NCBI GenBank assembly: GCA_022340425.1
Contig: JAJDNY010000172.1
Coordinates: 1,252-65,251, forward strand
DNA: 64,000 nucleotides
Direction: 5' to 3'
Origin: Desulfobacteraceae bacterium
GTDB lineage: Bacteria; Desulfobacterota; Desulfobacteria; Desulfobacterales; JAABRJ01
Shown: positions 19,791 through 29,836 of the stretch, in pieces
Layout of the letters: each line of letters begins with the position of its first letter
How positions within the stretch are numbered: the stretch's first letter is position 1
Position numbers and translations under genes: made by a program
The notes under the pieces: model-generated
Seen by the model: the letters and a program-made list of their open reading frames with translations, nothing else
The model's database searches: none
Told to the model about the DNA's origin: nothing

Positions 19791-21823
19791 TGAAAAAAAC
19801 ACGCATCAATCAGATTCGCAATATCGGTATCATTGCCCACATCGACGCCGGCAAAACCACCGTCACCGAGCGCATTCTGTTCTATACCGGGCGTTCCCAC
19901 AAACTCGGCGAGGTGCATGACGGTGAAGCCGTGATGGATTGGATGGTGGATGAGCAGGAGCGCGGCATCACCATCACCTCGGCGGTCACCAGCTGCAACT
20001 GGCGCGACAACGAGATCCACATCATCGACACCCCCGGGCACGTGGACTTCACCATCGAGGTGGAGCGCTCACTGCGGGTTCTGGACGGGGCCATCGGGGT
20101 TTTCTGTGCGGTGGGCGGGGTGGAGCCCCAGTCCGAAACGGTCTGGCGGCAGGCCGACAAATACCGGGTTCCCAAGATCGCCTTCGTCAACAAGATGGAC
20201 CGCATCGGCGCCAGCTTCGAGCGCACCGTGGAGATGATCAAAACCCGGCTGGGGGCCACCCCTTTGGTCGTCCAGCTGCCGGCAGGCGCCGAGGACGGCT
20301 TTGCGGGGGTCATCGACCTGATCCGGATGGAACAGATCACCTGGGAAGAGACCACGGCCGGTGAAAAATACGCTTACGGTGCGATTTCAGCCGTCTACCG
20401 CGAAGCGGCCGAAGCCGCTCGCGAAAAGCTGATCGAAACGGTGGCTGAAAACGATGACGCCATCATGGAACGTTACCTAGGTGAGGAAGCCATCGACGAA
20501 GCCGACCTGGTGGCCGCCATCCGGCGGGCGACCATCGGGCTGAAGCTGGTCCCCGTGCTGTGCGGCAGCGCCCTCAAAAACAAGGGGGTGCAGCCCCTGA
20601 TCGACGCCATCGTGGCACTGTTGCCCAGTCCCGTGGATGTCCCCCCGATCACCGGCCACCACCCCGAAACCGGTGAGCCAATCTCCTGTCCGCCCCGGGA
20701 AACGGCGCCGCTGGTGGCCCTGATCTTCAAGGTGTCGATGATCGAGGGGCGCAAGCTTTCCTTTGTGCGGGTATACAGCGGCAAGCTCGTCGCCGGCACC
20801 GAGGTCTACAACGCCTCGCGCAGCACCAAAGAGAAGCTTTCCCGGATCATGCTGATGCACGCCAACAAGCGCGAGCGGGTGGATACGGTCGGGGCCGGCA
20901 GCATCGTGGGGGTCGTGGGCCTCAAGGACTCCTCCACCGGCGAGACCCTGTGTCACAAAGACCACCCCGTGTTGCTGGAAAAAATCGAGTTCTACGAGCC
21001 GGTGATCTCCATCGCGGTGGAGCCCAAGACCCACGCCGATCAGGAAAAATTCGAGGAGGTGCTCGCAAAGTTCATGGCCGAAGACCCCACCCTGCGGGTG
21101 CGCCAGGACGAGGACACCGGCCAGACCATTCTTTCCGGCATGGGCGAGCTGCACCTGGAGATCATCATCAGCCGCATGCAGCGCGAGTTCAACACCCGCG
21201 TCAACGTCGGCAAGCCCCAGGTGGTCTACCGCGAAACCATCGCAAACCAGGCGGTCGGCTCGGCGCTCTTCGACCGCGAAGTCGGCGGCCAGCGGCACTT
21301 TGCCGAAGTGAGCTTGAAATTGCTGCCGCTGGCGCGCGGCACGGGCAACCGCTACCGCTCCGAGATCGGCGCGGATGGGCTGCCGGCGGCTTTTTTGGCC
21401 GCGGCCCAGCGGGGGATCCTGGAGGCCTTGGAAAGCGGCATCCTGCTGGGCTATCCGGTGGTGGACGTGGAGGCCGTGCTGACCGGGGCCGCTTCCCGGG
21501 AGTCGCTTGGCACCGAGCTGGCCTTTACCGTCAGCGCCTCGATGGCCTGCAAGGATGCCATCGAAAAGGGGGGCGCCTTTTTGTTGGAGCCGATCATGGC
21601 GGTGGAGGTTTACGTGCCGGACGCCTTCTTGGGGGAGGTCATCGGGGATATCAACGCCCGCGGCGGGAAGATCGAATCCATCGGCCCCAAGAGCGGTCTC
21701 CAGGAGATTCGCGCCACGGTTGCGCTCTCCCAGATGTTCGGCTACTCCACCGCCCTGCGTTCGGCCACCCAGGGGCGGGGCACCTTCACGATGCAGTTCG
21801 CGCGTTTCGATCGCAACGGCTGA
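19790..21823 (+). CDS. fusA: elongation factor G paralog (EF-G2-like)
   Basis: G motifs [14 protein letters not shown] and NKMD. Full five-domain length of 677 aa, slightly shorter than canonical EF-G. Confidence 0.88.
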   Translation: MKKTRINQIRNIGIIAHIDAGKTTVTERILFYTGRSHKLGEVHDGEAVMDWMVDEQERGITITSAVTSCNWRDNEIHIIDTPGHVDFTIEVERSLRVLDGAIGVFCAVGGVEPQSETVWRQADKYRVPKIAFVNKMDRIGASFERTVEMIKTRLGATPLVVQLPAGAEDGFAGVIDLIRMEQITWEETTAGEKYAYGAISAVYREAAEAAREKLIETVAENDDAIMERYLGEEAIDEADLVAAIRRATIGLKLVPVLCGSALKNKGVQPLIDAIVALLPSPVDVPPITGHHPETGEPISCPPRETAPLVALIFKVSMIEGRKLSFVRVYSGKLVAGTEVYNASRSTKEKLSRIMLMHANKRERVDTVGAGSIVGVVGLKDSSTGETLCHKDHPVLLEKIEFYEPVISIAVEPKTHADQEKFEEVLAKFMAEDPTLRVRQDEDTGQTILSGMGELHLEIIISRMQREFNTRVNVGKPQVVYRETIANQAVGSALFDREVGGQRHFAEVSLKLLPLARGTGNRYRSEIGADGLPAAFLAAAQRGILEALESGILLGYPVVDVEAVLTGAASRESLGTELAFTVSASMACKDAIEKGGAFLLEPIMAVEVYVPDAFLGEVIGDINARGGKIESIGPKSGLQEIRATVALSQMFGYSTALRSATQGRGTFTMQFARFDRNG

Positions 21824-21940
21824 CCCCTTTCGCTTCATCAAGCTTGATGAACCAGTAAAAAGTCAAAAACCAGACGGTTTCGAAAAAAGTTCAATTTACG
21901 GCGTGCAAATCTCGAGGAATGAGGACTACTTAGGTACGCT

Positions 21941-21981
21941 GCAGCGACTTCGAGATGCAGCGCAGCGCAGAAAGTGGACTT
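21941..21981 (+). repeat. REP-like intergenic element, copy 1
   Basis: GCAGCGACTTCGAGATGCAGCGCAGCGCAGAAAGTGGACTT. Position-by-position comparison gives 33/41 identity to the reverse complement of 34232..34272. Confidence 0.6.
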
Positions 21982-22078
21982 TTTGCGGAACCGTCAAAGC
22001 TTGGGACCCGCCCCATTTCAATCGCAAGCCGGTCCTTAATGCCGCCCACAGCCGCACCTCCGCTTACACGCTGGGTGC

Positions 22079-23509
22079 CTACCGGGTGCGCTCGGGCGCT
22101 TGCTTGGCTTGCAGGGCCGACTTCTTGCTGATCTTCAGGAGGGTCGCGATCTGCTCCGATTTTTGCGGGTCGTTGATGCTTTCCCGGGCCTTTTCCAGGT
22201 GGAAAACGGCGTTCTGGTGTTCTTTTTTTTGGTTGTAGTAAACCCCGAGGTTGTAATGGGCGTCGCCCATTTTTCCCAGTTTGCCGTAAGCCTGCCCCAA
22301 GTAGTAATAGACCTGCGGGTCTTCGGTGGTCCGGGTCAGCAGGGCCTCGAAGGTCGCGACGGCGTCGGCCAGGCGGTTCATTCCAAGCTGAGTCCGGCCC
22401 AGAAGGATTTGCACCTCGGGGTCCTCGGGCAGGATGTCGGCGCTGCCCTGCAGGATTTTCAACGCCTGGGCGTACTGGCCGTCCTGAAAATAGATCCCGC
22501 CCAGGTCCCGCAGCACGTAGGGGTCAAGGGCCCTATAGGTCAGGGCCGCACGCAGCTGGGCGATCGCCTCGCGGCGGTTACCGCTGCGGGCCAGGGCCAG
22601 GCCGTAGCCGTAATGGGCCACCGGGGCGCCCGGCCGGGCGGCCAGGGCCGCTTCAAAACGTTTCAAGGCGATCTCCTGGTCGCCGTAGACGGCGATCAGA
22701 CGCGCCTGGGTCCGGCGAAAGGGGTAGGGGTCGGCCGCCGGAAAGGGGGCGCCGGGTTCCTGGTGCGCCACCCATCGGTCGACATAGGCGATACGGTCTT
22801 CGGTGGCCGGGTGGGTCATGAGATAGTTGGGGATCTGCTGGTTGTCGTACCACTGCTTGGTGCGCATTTTTTTAAGGACGTCGATGATGCCCTGGCCGCT
22901 GTAGCCCGCCTCGTTGAGGTACCTGAGGCCGACCTGGTCGGCTTGGATTTCATCTTCGCGGCTATAGGCCAGCATGGCCGACTGGCCGGCCGCCATGGAA
23001 CCGATGGTCAGGGCACTGGCAGGCGAACCGGCCCCGCCGATGCCCAAAAAAACGCCCGCAGCGACCCCCGCCAGGGTGGCCAACTGGAGCTTCTTGCCGC
23101 GTTCGATCTTCTGCGAAATGTGGCGGCAGACCACGTGGGCGATTTCGTGGCCCAGAATGCCGGCCAGCTCCTCTTCGCTTTCCATCGCCGCGATCAGACC
23201 GCTGTTGATGAAAATGTGGCCCGCGGGGGTGGCAAAGGCGTTGTAGACATCCTCGCGAATGATGTGAAATTGGTAGTTGAAGGGCTGGGATGGCACCGTT
23301 GCCAGCACCTTGGCGCCTACTTCGCGGACATAGGCGTTCGCCATGGAATCATTGATGATTTCGAAATGGTCACCCACCACCTTGAGAAACTCCCGCGACA
23401 TCTCCTCCTCCTCCCGGATGGTGATGGCGTGGGCGGGCGGCTGGGGCCAGCAGAAGGCCAGAAGGAAACCGGCTATCAGCAGGCTGACGGATTTGAAAAA
23501 CGGGTTCAT
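22079..23509 (-). CDS. M48-family metalloprotease with C-terminal TPR repeats (BepA/YfgC-like)
   Basis: HEXXH motif GHEIAHVVCRH. Signal peptide. C-terminal TPR repeats. Confidence 0.85.
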   Translation of the reverse strand: MNPFFKSVSLLIAGFLLAFCWPQPPAHAITIREEEEMSREFLKVVGDHFEIINDSMANAYVREVGAKVLATVPSQPFNYQFHIIREDVYNAFATPAGHIFINSGLIAAMESEEELAGILGHEIAHVVCRHISQKIERGKKLQLATLAGVAAGVFLGIGGAGSPASALTIGSMAAGQSAMLAYSREDEIQADQVGLRYLNEAGYSGQGIIDVLKKMRTKQWYDNQQIPNYLMTHPATEDRIAYVDRWVAHQEPGAPFPAADPYPFRRTQARLIAVYGDQEIALKRFEAALAARPGAPVAHYGYGLALARSGNRREAIAQLRAALTYRALDPYVLRDLGGIYFQDGQYAQALKILQGSADILPEDPEVQILLGRTQLGMNRLADAVATFEALLTRTTEDPQVYYYLGQAYGKLGKMGDAHYNLGVYYNQKKEHQNAVFHLEKARESINDPQKSEQIATLLKISKKSALQAKQAPERTR

Positions 23510-23685
23510 GGGACTCCTGTGGCGCGACGCGACCGGTGCTGCTCCAGGGTGCGCCGGGTATTTCGTTTCGAATCATAAATTTTAACTATAAGGGTGGATG
23601 TCAGAAAATTCAAGCGTTCAGAAACGCTGGCGGCCGGTGGAGATGCTTTTCAAAGGGCCGCTTTTATGTTAAAGGCTCAAGCACT

Positions 23686-24444
23686 ATGGCCTACACCATC
23701 TGTATCGCAAACCAAAAGGGCGGCGTGGGGAAAACCACCACGGCCATCAATTTGGCGGCGGCCCTGGCGGTTTCCGAGAAACGCACCCTGCTGGTGGACT
23801 GCGACCCCCAGGCCAATGCCACCAGCGGTGTCGGGATCGACAAGGCCGCCATCCGATACTCCCTCTACCACGGCATGATCGGCCAGGTCGGCGCCGAGAG
23901 TCTGGTGCTGGATACGGAAATCGAGACCCTCAAGGTGATCCCATCCCGGCTGGAGCTTATCGGCTTCGAGGTGGAGATGATGGCGACATCCGGCCGCGAG
24001 CAGACCCTCAAAAATCTGCTGGCCGGGCTGGGGGACGCTTTTGACTACATCATTCTGGACTGCCCCCCCTCCCTCAGCCTGCTGACGGTAAACGCCATGA
24101 CGGCCGCCGATGCGATGCTCATCCCCCTACAGTGTGAATACTACGCCCTCGAAGGGTTGGGGCAGCTGCTGCAGACCATCAAACGGATTCAAAACAAGCT
24201 CAACCCGGGGCTCGCCATCGCGGGCATCCTGCTGACCATGTTCGACACGCGCACGAATCTCTCCCATCAGGTTGCCGAAAACGCGGAAAAGTATTTTCCC
24301 GAGCTGGTCTTCCGGACCCAGATCCCCCGCAACGTGCGCTTGGGGGAGGCGCCAAGTTTCGGCAAGCCGATCCTCCTCTATGACGCCGCCTCGGCAGGGG
24401 CCAAAAGCTATTTCGCGCTGGCCGACGAAATTCTGCACCGGTGA
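23686..24444 (+). CDS. parA: chromosome partitioning ATPase ParA/Soj
   Basis: Deviant Walker A NQKGGVGKTTT at the N-terminus, counting from the internal ATG at 23686. Followed by parB. Confidence 0.9.
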   Translation: MAYTICIANQKGGVGKTTTAINLAAALAVSEKRTLLVDCDPQANATSGVGIDKAAIRYSLYHGMIGQVGAESLVLDTEIETLKVIPSRLELIGFEVEMMATSGREQTLKNLLAGLGDAFDYIILDCPPSLSLLTVNAMTAADAMLIPLQCEYYALEGLGQLLQTIKRIQNKLNPGLAIAGILLTMFDTRTNLSHQVAENAEKYFPELVFRTQIPRNVRLGEAPSFGKPILLYDAASAGAKSYFALADEILHR

Positions 24445-24480
24445 AATACCCGCTGCCGCTCCGGTTGAAGGAAGGCCGCC

Positions 24481-25380
24481 ATGGCTAAACCAAAAGGCAC
24501 CCCGCAGGGCGTTGCGGCTGTCGCCAAACGCAAGAAACTGGTCTTGGGCCGGGGGCTGGATGCGCTTATCCCCGATTTCCAGCCGGCGGCGGGCAGTTCC
24601 TCCGCTTACCGCCGCTGCGCGGTGGATCAAATCCGCCCCAATCGCTATCAGCCCCGGATCCGTTTCGCCGAGGAGGAGCTGGCCGAGCTCGCCGACTCCA
24701 TCCGCAGCCAGGGGATTATCCAGCCGCTTTTGGTGCGTCAGGATGAGCACGGGTTTGAGCTCGTGGCCGGCGAGCGACGCCTGCGGGCCGCCAAAATGGC
24801 AGGGCTGACCGAGGTGCCCGTGGTGGTGCGGGAGGTCCCGGATGCCCAGATGCTGGAGTTTTCCATCGTCGAGAACATCCAGCGCGAAAACCTCAACCCC
24901 ATGGAGGAGGCCGAAGCCTATCACCGGCTGATGGCCGCCTTTGACCTCACCCAGGACCAGGTGGCCGCACGGGTCGGCAAAAGCCGTTCGGCGGTGGCCA
25001 ACATCCTTCGGCTGCGGCAGCTGCCCGAGGACATCAAAGCCAGCATCACCGGGGGCGAAATCGCCATGGGGCATGCCCGGGCGCTGTTGGGGGCCGAAAA
25101 TGCCGCCGTGCAGCGCGCCGCCTGGCGCAAGACCGTCGCCGAACGGCTCTCGGTGCGGCAGACAGAGGCTCTGGTCAAACGCTTGAACGCCGCCAAAGAC
25201 CGGCCCTCAGCCCTTCCGGATGCCGCCGGCAGCTATTTTCGCGGGGTCTCCGAAGACTTGTCGCGCCATTTCGGCACCAAGGTGGAGATTCGGCATCGGG
25301 GCGAAAAGGGCAAGGTGGAGATCGCCTTCTACAGCCTCGATGACCTGGACCAGCTGCTCGGACGGCTCAAGGGCCGCTGA
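24481..25380 (+). CDS. parB: chromosome partitioning protein ParB/Spo0J
   Basis: ParB box GERRLRAAK, an HTH region, and its position directly after parA. Confidence 0.9.
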   Translation: MAKPKGTPQGVAAVAKRKKLVLGRGLDALIPDFQPAAGSSSAYRRCAVDQIRPNRYQPRIRFAEEELAELADSIRSQGIIQPLLVRQDEHGFELVAGERRLRAAKMAGLTEVPVVVREVPDAQMLEFSIVENIQRENLNPMEEAEAYHRLMAAFDLTQDQVAARVGKSRSAVANILRLRQLPEDIKASITGGEIAMGHARALLGAENAAVQRAAWRKTVAERLSVRQTEALVKRLNAAKDRPSALPDAAGSYFRGVSEDLSRHFGTKVEIRHRGEKGKVEIAFYSLDDLDQLLGRLKGR

Positions 25381-25415
25381 GGCGCGTTGCTGCCGGCGGC
25401 TTCACCCCCCCGGCA

Positions 25416-25868
25416 ATGGATAATTCACCCCAACAGGCAGCCAGGATGGTGATCAGGCAAATCGGCGTGATTGACGGGCAGGGCGGCGGTATCGGCAGCG
25501 CCATCATTCGGAAGCTCAAGGAGCGGGTGGGCGAGCGGGTGGAAATCATCGCCCTCGGCACCAATGCCATCGCCACCGCCCAGATGTTGAAGGCCCATGC
25601 CAACCGGGGAGCGTCCGGGGAAAACGCCATCGTTCAGACCGTCGCCAAGCTGGACGTGATCATCGGGCCCATCGGAATCGTATTGGCCAACGCCATGATG
25701 GGGGAGGTCACGCCGGCGATTGCGGCGGCGGTGGCTGCTTGCCCCGCCAAAAAACTACTGCTGCCCCTGACCCAGGAGAATATCGAAATCATCGGGGTGG
25801 CGGCCACGCCGCTGCCCCAGCTGGTGGACGAACTTTTGCAGCGCCATCTGGACAACCTTTCGCAATGA
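25416..25868 (+). CDS. DUF3842-family protein
   Basis: IGVIDGQGGGIGSAIIRKLKE...IIALGTNAIATAQMLKA...GASGENAI matches the DUF3842 pattern as I remember it. The true start may be the internal Met (MVIRQ). Confidence 0.65.
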   Translation: MDNSPQQAARMVIRQIGVIDGQGGGIGSAIIRKLKERVGERVEIIALGTNAIATAQMLKAHANRGASGENAIVQTVAKLDVIIGPIGIVLANAMMGEVTPAIAAAVAACPAKKLLLPLTQENIEIIGVAATPLPQLVDELLQRHLDNLSQ

Positions 25869-25932
25869 TGCAAGCCGCGCACGCCCCCGGGCCCGAAGAC
25901 CGCTGCGACCCATCGTCCGGCGGGGCGGGGCG

Positions 25933-26781
25933 ATGAAGCTGGTCGTCGCCCGCACGGCGGGATTCTGCATGGGCGTGCGGCGGGCCGTCGAAATGACCCT
26001 TGAAGCCGTGGACACCTGCCGCAAGCCGATCTGCACCTTTGGCCCGCTGATCCACAACCCCCAGGTGCTGAATCTGCTCAGTCAGAAGGGCGTTGCGGTC
26101 ATCGAGACGGTCCCCCCGCGGGGTCACGGCACGGTCCTGTTGCGGGCGCACGGCGTTCCGCCGACGGTCAAAGCGGCGCTGGCGCGTGCCGGCTTCCGGG
26201 TGGTGGACGCCACCTGTCCACGGGTCATCAAGGTCCAGACCATCATCCGCCGCCATGCCGCCGAGGGCTATGGCACCATCATCGTCGGTGACCGAAACCA
26301 CCCGGAAGTCGTCGGGCTTTTGGGGTATGCCGGCGCCTGCGGGCATGTGGTCGGATCCTTGGAAGAGTTGGCGGCCCTGCCGCGTTTCAGCCGGGCCATC
26401 GTCGTGGCCCAGACCACCCAGAACACCGCTTTTTACCAGGGGATTAAAAGCTGGGTAGGATGCCACTGCCCCCGCTATCACGTCTTTGACACCATCTGCG
26501 ATTCCACCGAGAAGCGCCAGAGCGAGGTCAAGCAGCTGGCCGAGGCCGCCGATGCGGTGGTGGTTGTCGGTGGCCACAACAGCGGCAACACCAACCGTCT
26601 GGCGGAAATCGCCCGGCAGGCCGGAAAACCCACCCAGCAGGTCGAAACCGAGCACGAGTTGGACTTTGGGGCCTTGGCGGAGGCGCGCACCATCGCGGTT
26701 TCGGCCGGTGCTTCGACCCCCGAGTGGATGATCCGGCGGGTGATCCAGGTTCTGGCCGAACTGGGGCCAGAGGACGGTTAG
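25933..26781 (+). CDS. ispH: 4-hydroxy-3-methylbut-2-enyl diphosphate reductase
   Basis: The three cluster-Cys contexts FCMGVRRAV, DATCPRV and DTICDST. 282 aa. Confidence 0.9.
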   Translation: MKLVVARTAGFCMGVRRAVEMTLEAVDTCRKPICTFGPLIHNPQVLNLLSQKGVAVIETVPPRGHGTVLLRAHGVPPTVKAALARAGFRVVDATCPRVIKVQTIIRRHAAEGYGTIIVGDRNHPEVVGLLGYAGACGHVVGSLEELAALPRFSRAIVVAQTTQNTAFYQGIKSWVGCHCPRYHVFDTICDSTEKRQSEVKQLAEAADAVVVVGGHNSGNTNRLAEIARQAGKPTQQVETEHELDFGALAEARTIAVSAGASTPEWMIRRVIQVLAELGPEDG

Positions 26782-27395
26782 TCAAAGGCCCGCGGCTCGG
26801 TGCCCCGCAGCAGACGCCCGATATTGGTACTGTGGCGCCAGAAGATCATCGCCGCCAGCAGGGCGGCGCAGGCGGTGAAGACCGGGCTGGCGGTTGCCCC
26901 CCAGACGGCCGGCGGCAGGGATGCGGCCCCGGCCAGGGAGGCCGCCGACACGCGGCTGGTCAGGCAGAGGAAAAGCGTGAACACCAGCAGGGCCACCAGG
27001 CAGGCCAGCGGCGAAATCGCCAGAAAACACCCCAGGGTGGTGGCCACCCCCTTGCCCCCGTCCCGGAAGCCCAGGTAAATCGGATAGAGATGGCCCGTGA
27101 AACAGGCCAGGGCCAGCAGGCTGAGATAGGCCGCGGCCCAGGAGGTCGGTCGCGGACCCACCAACGCCAAGCCCAGCATCAGGGGCACCAGGCCTTTGAG
27201 GAGATCGCCGACCAGGGTCAGCAGGCCGACGGTCATGCCGCCGATTCGGTGCGCATTGGTGGCCCCGATGTTGCCGCTGCCGGCACGGCGGAGGTCGGTG
27301 GCATGCAGGCAGCGGGTCAGTATCAGCCCCCAGGGGATCGACCCCGCCAAATAGGCGGCGGCCGGCAACAGGATGAATTTCAAAATGGTCGGCAT
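26778..27395 (-). CDS. plsY: glycerol-3-phosphate acyltransferase PlsY
   Basis: GSGNIGATNAHR motif. Polytopic protein of 205 aa. Confidence 0.9.
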   Translation of the reverse strand: MPTILKFILLPAAAYLAGSIPWGLILTRCLHATDLRRAGSGNIGATNAHRIGGMTVGLLTLVGDLLKGLVPLMLGLALVGPRPTSWAAAYLSLLALACFTGHLYPIYLGFRDGGKGVATTLGCFLAISPLACLVALLVFTLFLCLTSRVSAASLAGAASLPPAVWGATASPVFTACAALLAAMIFWRHSTNIGRLLRGTEPRAFD

Positions 27396-27532
27396 CTCGG
27401 GTGGCCCTCGGGTGCTACAGCCGGGGTGGGCATGGGTTTCGTAGGATCTCCGACGGCGAGACTACCCGAAACCCGCTCGATGATCAAGGGCCTGTGCCGG
27501 TCGATGGATTTAAAGCGAAATATCACCCAAAG

Positions 27533-29719
27533 ATGAACCCCGTCCTCCACACCCCTGAAACCCGCTGCCCCGCCTGCCAGAGCCCCTGCCGGGTAGATGC
27601 GCATTTGGGCGATCAGCCGGTTTCCTGTCCGAAATGCGGCCACCGCTTCACGGTTCAGCCCGAGCAGCCTGAGAGCGCCTATCCCGTGCTGGGGCGGCTG
27701 GCTGTCAGCTACGGCTTCCTCAGCGAGGAGGATCTCAAAGGCGCCCTGGCCTTTCAGGATGCCCAGGCCCGGACGGGGGTCAGCCTGCCCCTGGCCAAGG
27801 TCCTGCTGGCGCGCCGGCTGGTGACCCCGGAGCAGGTGGACCAGCTGGAGGCGGCCCGAAAGTTTCTGGAAGCCCGCCAATCGGACAAGCGTTTCGGCCG
27901 TCTGGCCGTCAGGCTGGGGCTTGCCAGCGCCGAAGCCGTCGCCTCCGCCCTGGCGGCCCAGGCCCGTGAGTTCAGTGCAAGCCAGCGCAGCCGCTCCCTG
28001 GGCGATTTCCTGCTGGCAGCCGGTGCACTCACCGTCCAGGGGCGGGAGTTGATTCTGGCCGAACAGCAGCGCTTGGAAAGCGGCACACCAGACGGCGCGG
28101 CAACCGGCGCTGGGGCTGCGGACCCCGCCCCGGCGGCGGAGCTGCCGGCAGGGGTGGGACTCACCATGGCCCCGGATGGGCTCTCGGTCCACCTGACCCG
28201 CGGTGGCCCGGGGGAGCCGGCACCTTCCCTGGCGGCCGTCAAAACTCTGCTGGCCGAACACGGCGTTGTCGCCGGCGTGGTGGCGGACGATCTCATTGAC
28301 GCTTTTTTGCAACACCCCACCCCGGCCGGGGCGAGCCTCCAGGTTGCCACCGGCCGGCCGCCGGCTGTGGGGCGGGACGCCGAGGTGCGCTATTTTTTCG
28401 AAACCGATTTTCGGCGGGTGGGGGCGGTGACCCCCCAGGGCACCATGGACTTTCGCGACCGCGGGGAGATACCGCACGTCAAACGCGGTGAGTTGCTGGC
28501 CGAAAAGCAGCCCGCAACCCCCGGCACCCCCGGGCAGGACGTTTACGGCCGCCCCATCGCGGCACCCCAGGGGCGGGACGTCCGGCTGCGCTGCGGGCGC
28601 GGGGTGCGGGCGGCCGATGGCGGCAGCCGGTTCTTCGCCCTGAGCGACGGCCAGCCCCGGGTGAGTGTGACCGGCAAACTGATGGTGGCCCCGGCCCTGA
28701 CCATCCCCGGCGATGTCGATCTGAAAGTCGGTCATGTGGATTTTGACGGCATCATCCGGGTCCAAGGCGCCGTTTGCGAGGGCTTCAACGTTGCCGGGGC
28801 CGGCCTCTACGCCATGGAAATCCGCGGCGTGGAGGTGAAGGTCAGGGGGGATGTGACCGTCAGCGGGGGCATCATCGGGACGCGGGTCATCGTCCAGGGG
28901 GACCTCAAGGCGCGTTACATCAAAAATGCGACCGTCTCGGCCTTCGGCAATGTCCTCGTTGAAAAGGAGATCATCGAATCCACGATCGAGACCAGCGGGG
29001 CCTGCAAGGTCCTCAGGGGTGCCATGGTGGCCTCCGAAATTTCGGCCCGCTACGGCATCGAGGCCCGCGATGTGGGCACAGACGCCTCCAAGCCCTGCAC
29101 CCTGCGGGCCGGCTCCGAACAGCACATCCAACGCGAACTGGGCGGGCTGCGAAAGGCCATCGGCCGCGCCAGGGAGCAGCTGGGCGCGCTGCGGGCCCAG
29201 GAGGCGGCCCTGGCGCCGGCCGAGCAGGAAAACCACCGCCAGATTGCCGAGTTGGCCCAGATCCAGGACCGCGCCATGCTGCGCCAGCGGCAGCTGGGCG
29301 AGGAGCTGCGGCTGCAGCGTGATCGGGATGCCCCAGCGGCGGCGGCCAACCGCCGCGAAATCGCTCTTCTGGAAGCCCGCGCGCGTCAAGCGGAAGCCGA
29401 CCTCGGCGTCCTGTTCGCCCAGCAGGAGCAAATCGAGGCCCGGCGCAGCGCGCTTCAGGCCGCCATTGACGCCGCCGATGCTGAAATCCAGGACCTTTGC
29501 GATGAAAGGGATGCCATTCTGGACTGGTCCCGCAAGCGCCCGGGGGTGCCGCTGGTGGTGGTCGGCGGCGAAATCTGCGCCGGCACCCGAATCTATGGCC
29601 TGCATGCGTCGGCCGAGCTGAAAAAAGCCTATCGGCATGTGCAGATCCGGGAAATCAAACGCATCGACCCCCAGGCCGGGGAGTCCTGGGAGCTGCGGAT
29701 CCAGCCGGGCGGCGGATAA
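27533..29719 (+). CDS. DUF342 (FapA-like) protein with N-terminal zinc ribbon and three T2SSE_N/MshEN-like repeats
   Basis: ATG at 27533. Zinc ribbon CPACQSP...CPKCGHRF. Repeats LGRLAVSYGFLSEEDLKGALAFQ, FGRLAVRLGLASAEAVASALAAQ and LGDFLLAAGALTVQGRELILAEQ. DUF342 beta-helix region (GDVDLKVGHVDFDGIIRVQGAV...) followed by a long coiled coil. Confidence 0.7.
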   Translation: MNPVLHTPETRCPACQSPCRVDAHLGDQPVSCPKCGHRFTVQPEQPESAYPVLGRLAVSYGFLSEEDLKGALAFQDAQARTGVSLPLAKVLLARRLVTPEQVDQLEAARKFLEARQSDKRFGRLAVRLGLASAEAVASALAAQAREFSASQRSRSLGDFLLAAGALTVQGRELILAEQQRLESGTPDGAATGAGAADPAPAAELPAGVGLTMAPDGLSVHLTRGGPGEPAPSLAAVKTLLAEHGVVAGVVADDLIDAFLQHPTPAGASLQVATGRPPAVGRDAEVRYFFETDFRRVGAVTPQGTMDFRDRGEIPHVKRGELLAEKQPATPGTPGQDVYGRPIAAPQGRDVRLRCGRGVRAADGGSRFFALSDGQPRVSVTGKLMVAPALTIPGDVDLKVGHVDFDGIIRVQGAVCEGFNVAGAGLYAMEIRGVEVKVRGDVTVSGGIIGTRVIVQGDLKARYIKNATVSAFGNVLVEKEIIESTIETSGACKVLRGAMVASEISARYGIEARDVGTDASKPCTLRAGSEQHIQRELGGLRKAIGRAREQLGALRAQEAALAPAEQENHRQIAELAQIQDRAMLRQRQLGEELRLQRDRDAPAAAANRREIALLEARARQAEADLGVLFAQQEQIEARRSALQAAIDAADAEIQDLCDERDAILDWSRKRPGVPLVVVGGEICAGTRIYGLHASAELKKAYRHVQIREIKRIDPQAGESWELRIQPGGG

Positions 29720-29836
29720 GGGGCGCGGCCGGTGGGCGGGCCAGGCGGCGGCCGCGGCCCGGGATTTCGATTTGGCAACGGGCCGCTCAAAAAACCGGAG
29801 ATTTGCGCCCACCGCGACGGGCTTTGAGGAGGCAAG

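Noticed and set aside
20477-21841. 454-aa minus-strand ORF, and the 302-aa plus-strand ORF 20950..21858
   Set aside because: Both overlap the EF-G paralog, whose frame carries all the GTPase motifs. The alternative-frame products are low-complexity.
22100-23578. 492-aa plus-strand ORF
   Set aside because: It is antisense to the M48/TPR protease, which has HEIAH and TPR repeats on the minus strand.
23510-25380. Search for parS (TGTTNCACGTGAAACA-like) sites around parA/parB
   Set aside because: I found no convincing 16-bp palindrome by eye. Only unrelated GTTTCACG half-matches occur elsewhere (for example near 17870). This needs a computational scan.
26778-26781. Overlapping convergent stop codons of ispH (TAG) and plsY (TAA on the minus strand)
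   Set aside because: The overlap is real but is an ordinary consequence of tight gene packing. No functional implication can be argued from the sequence.
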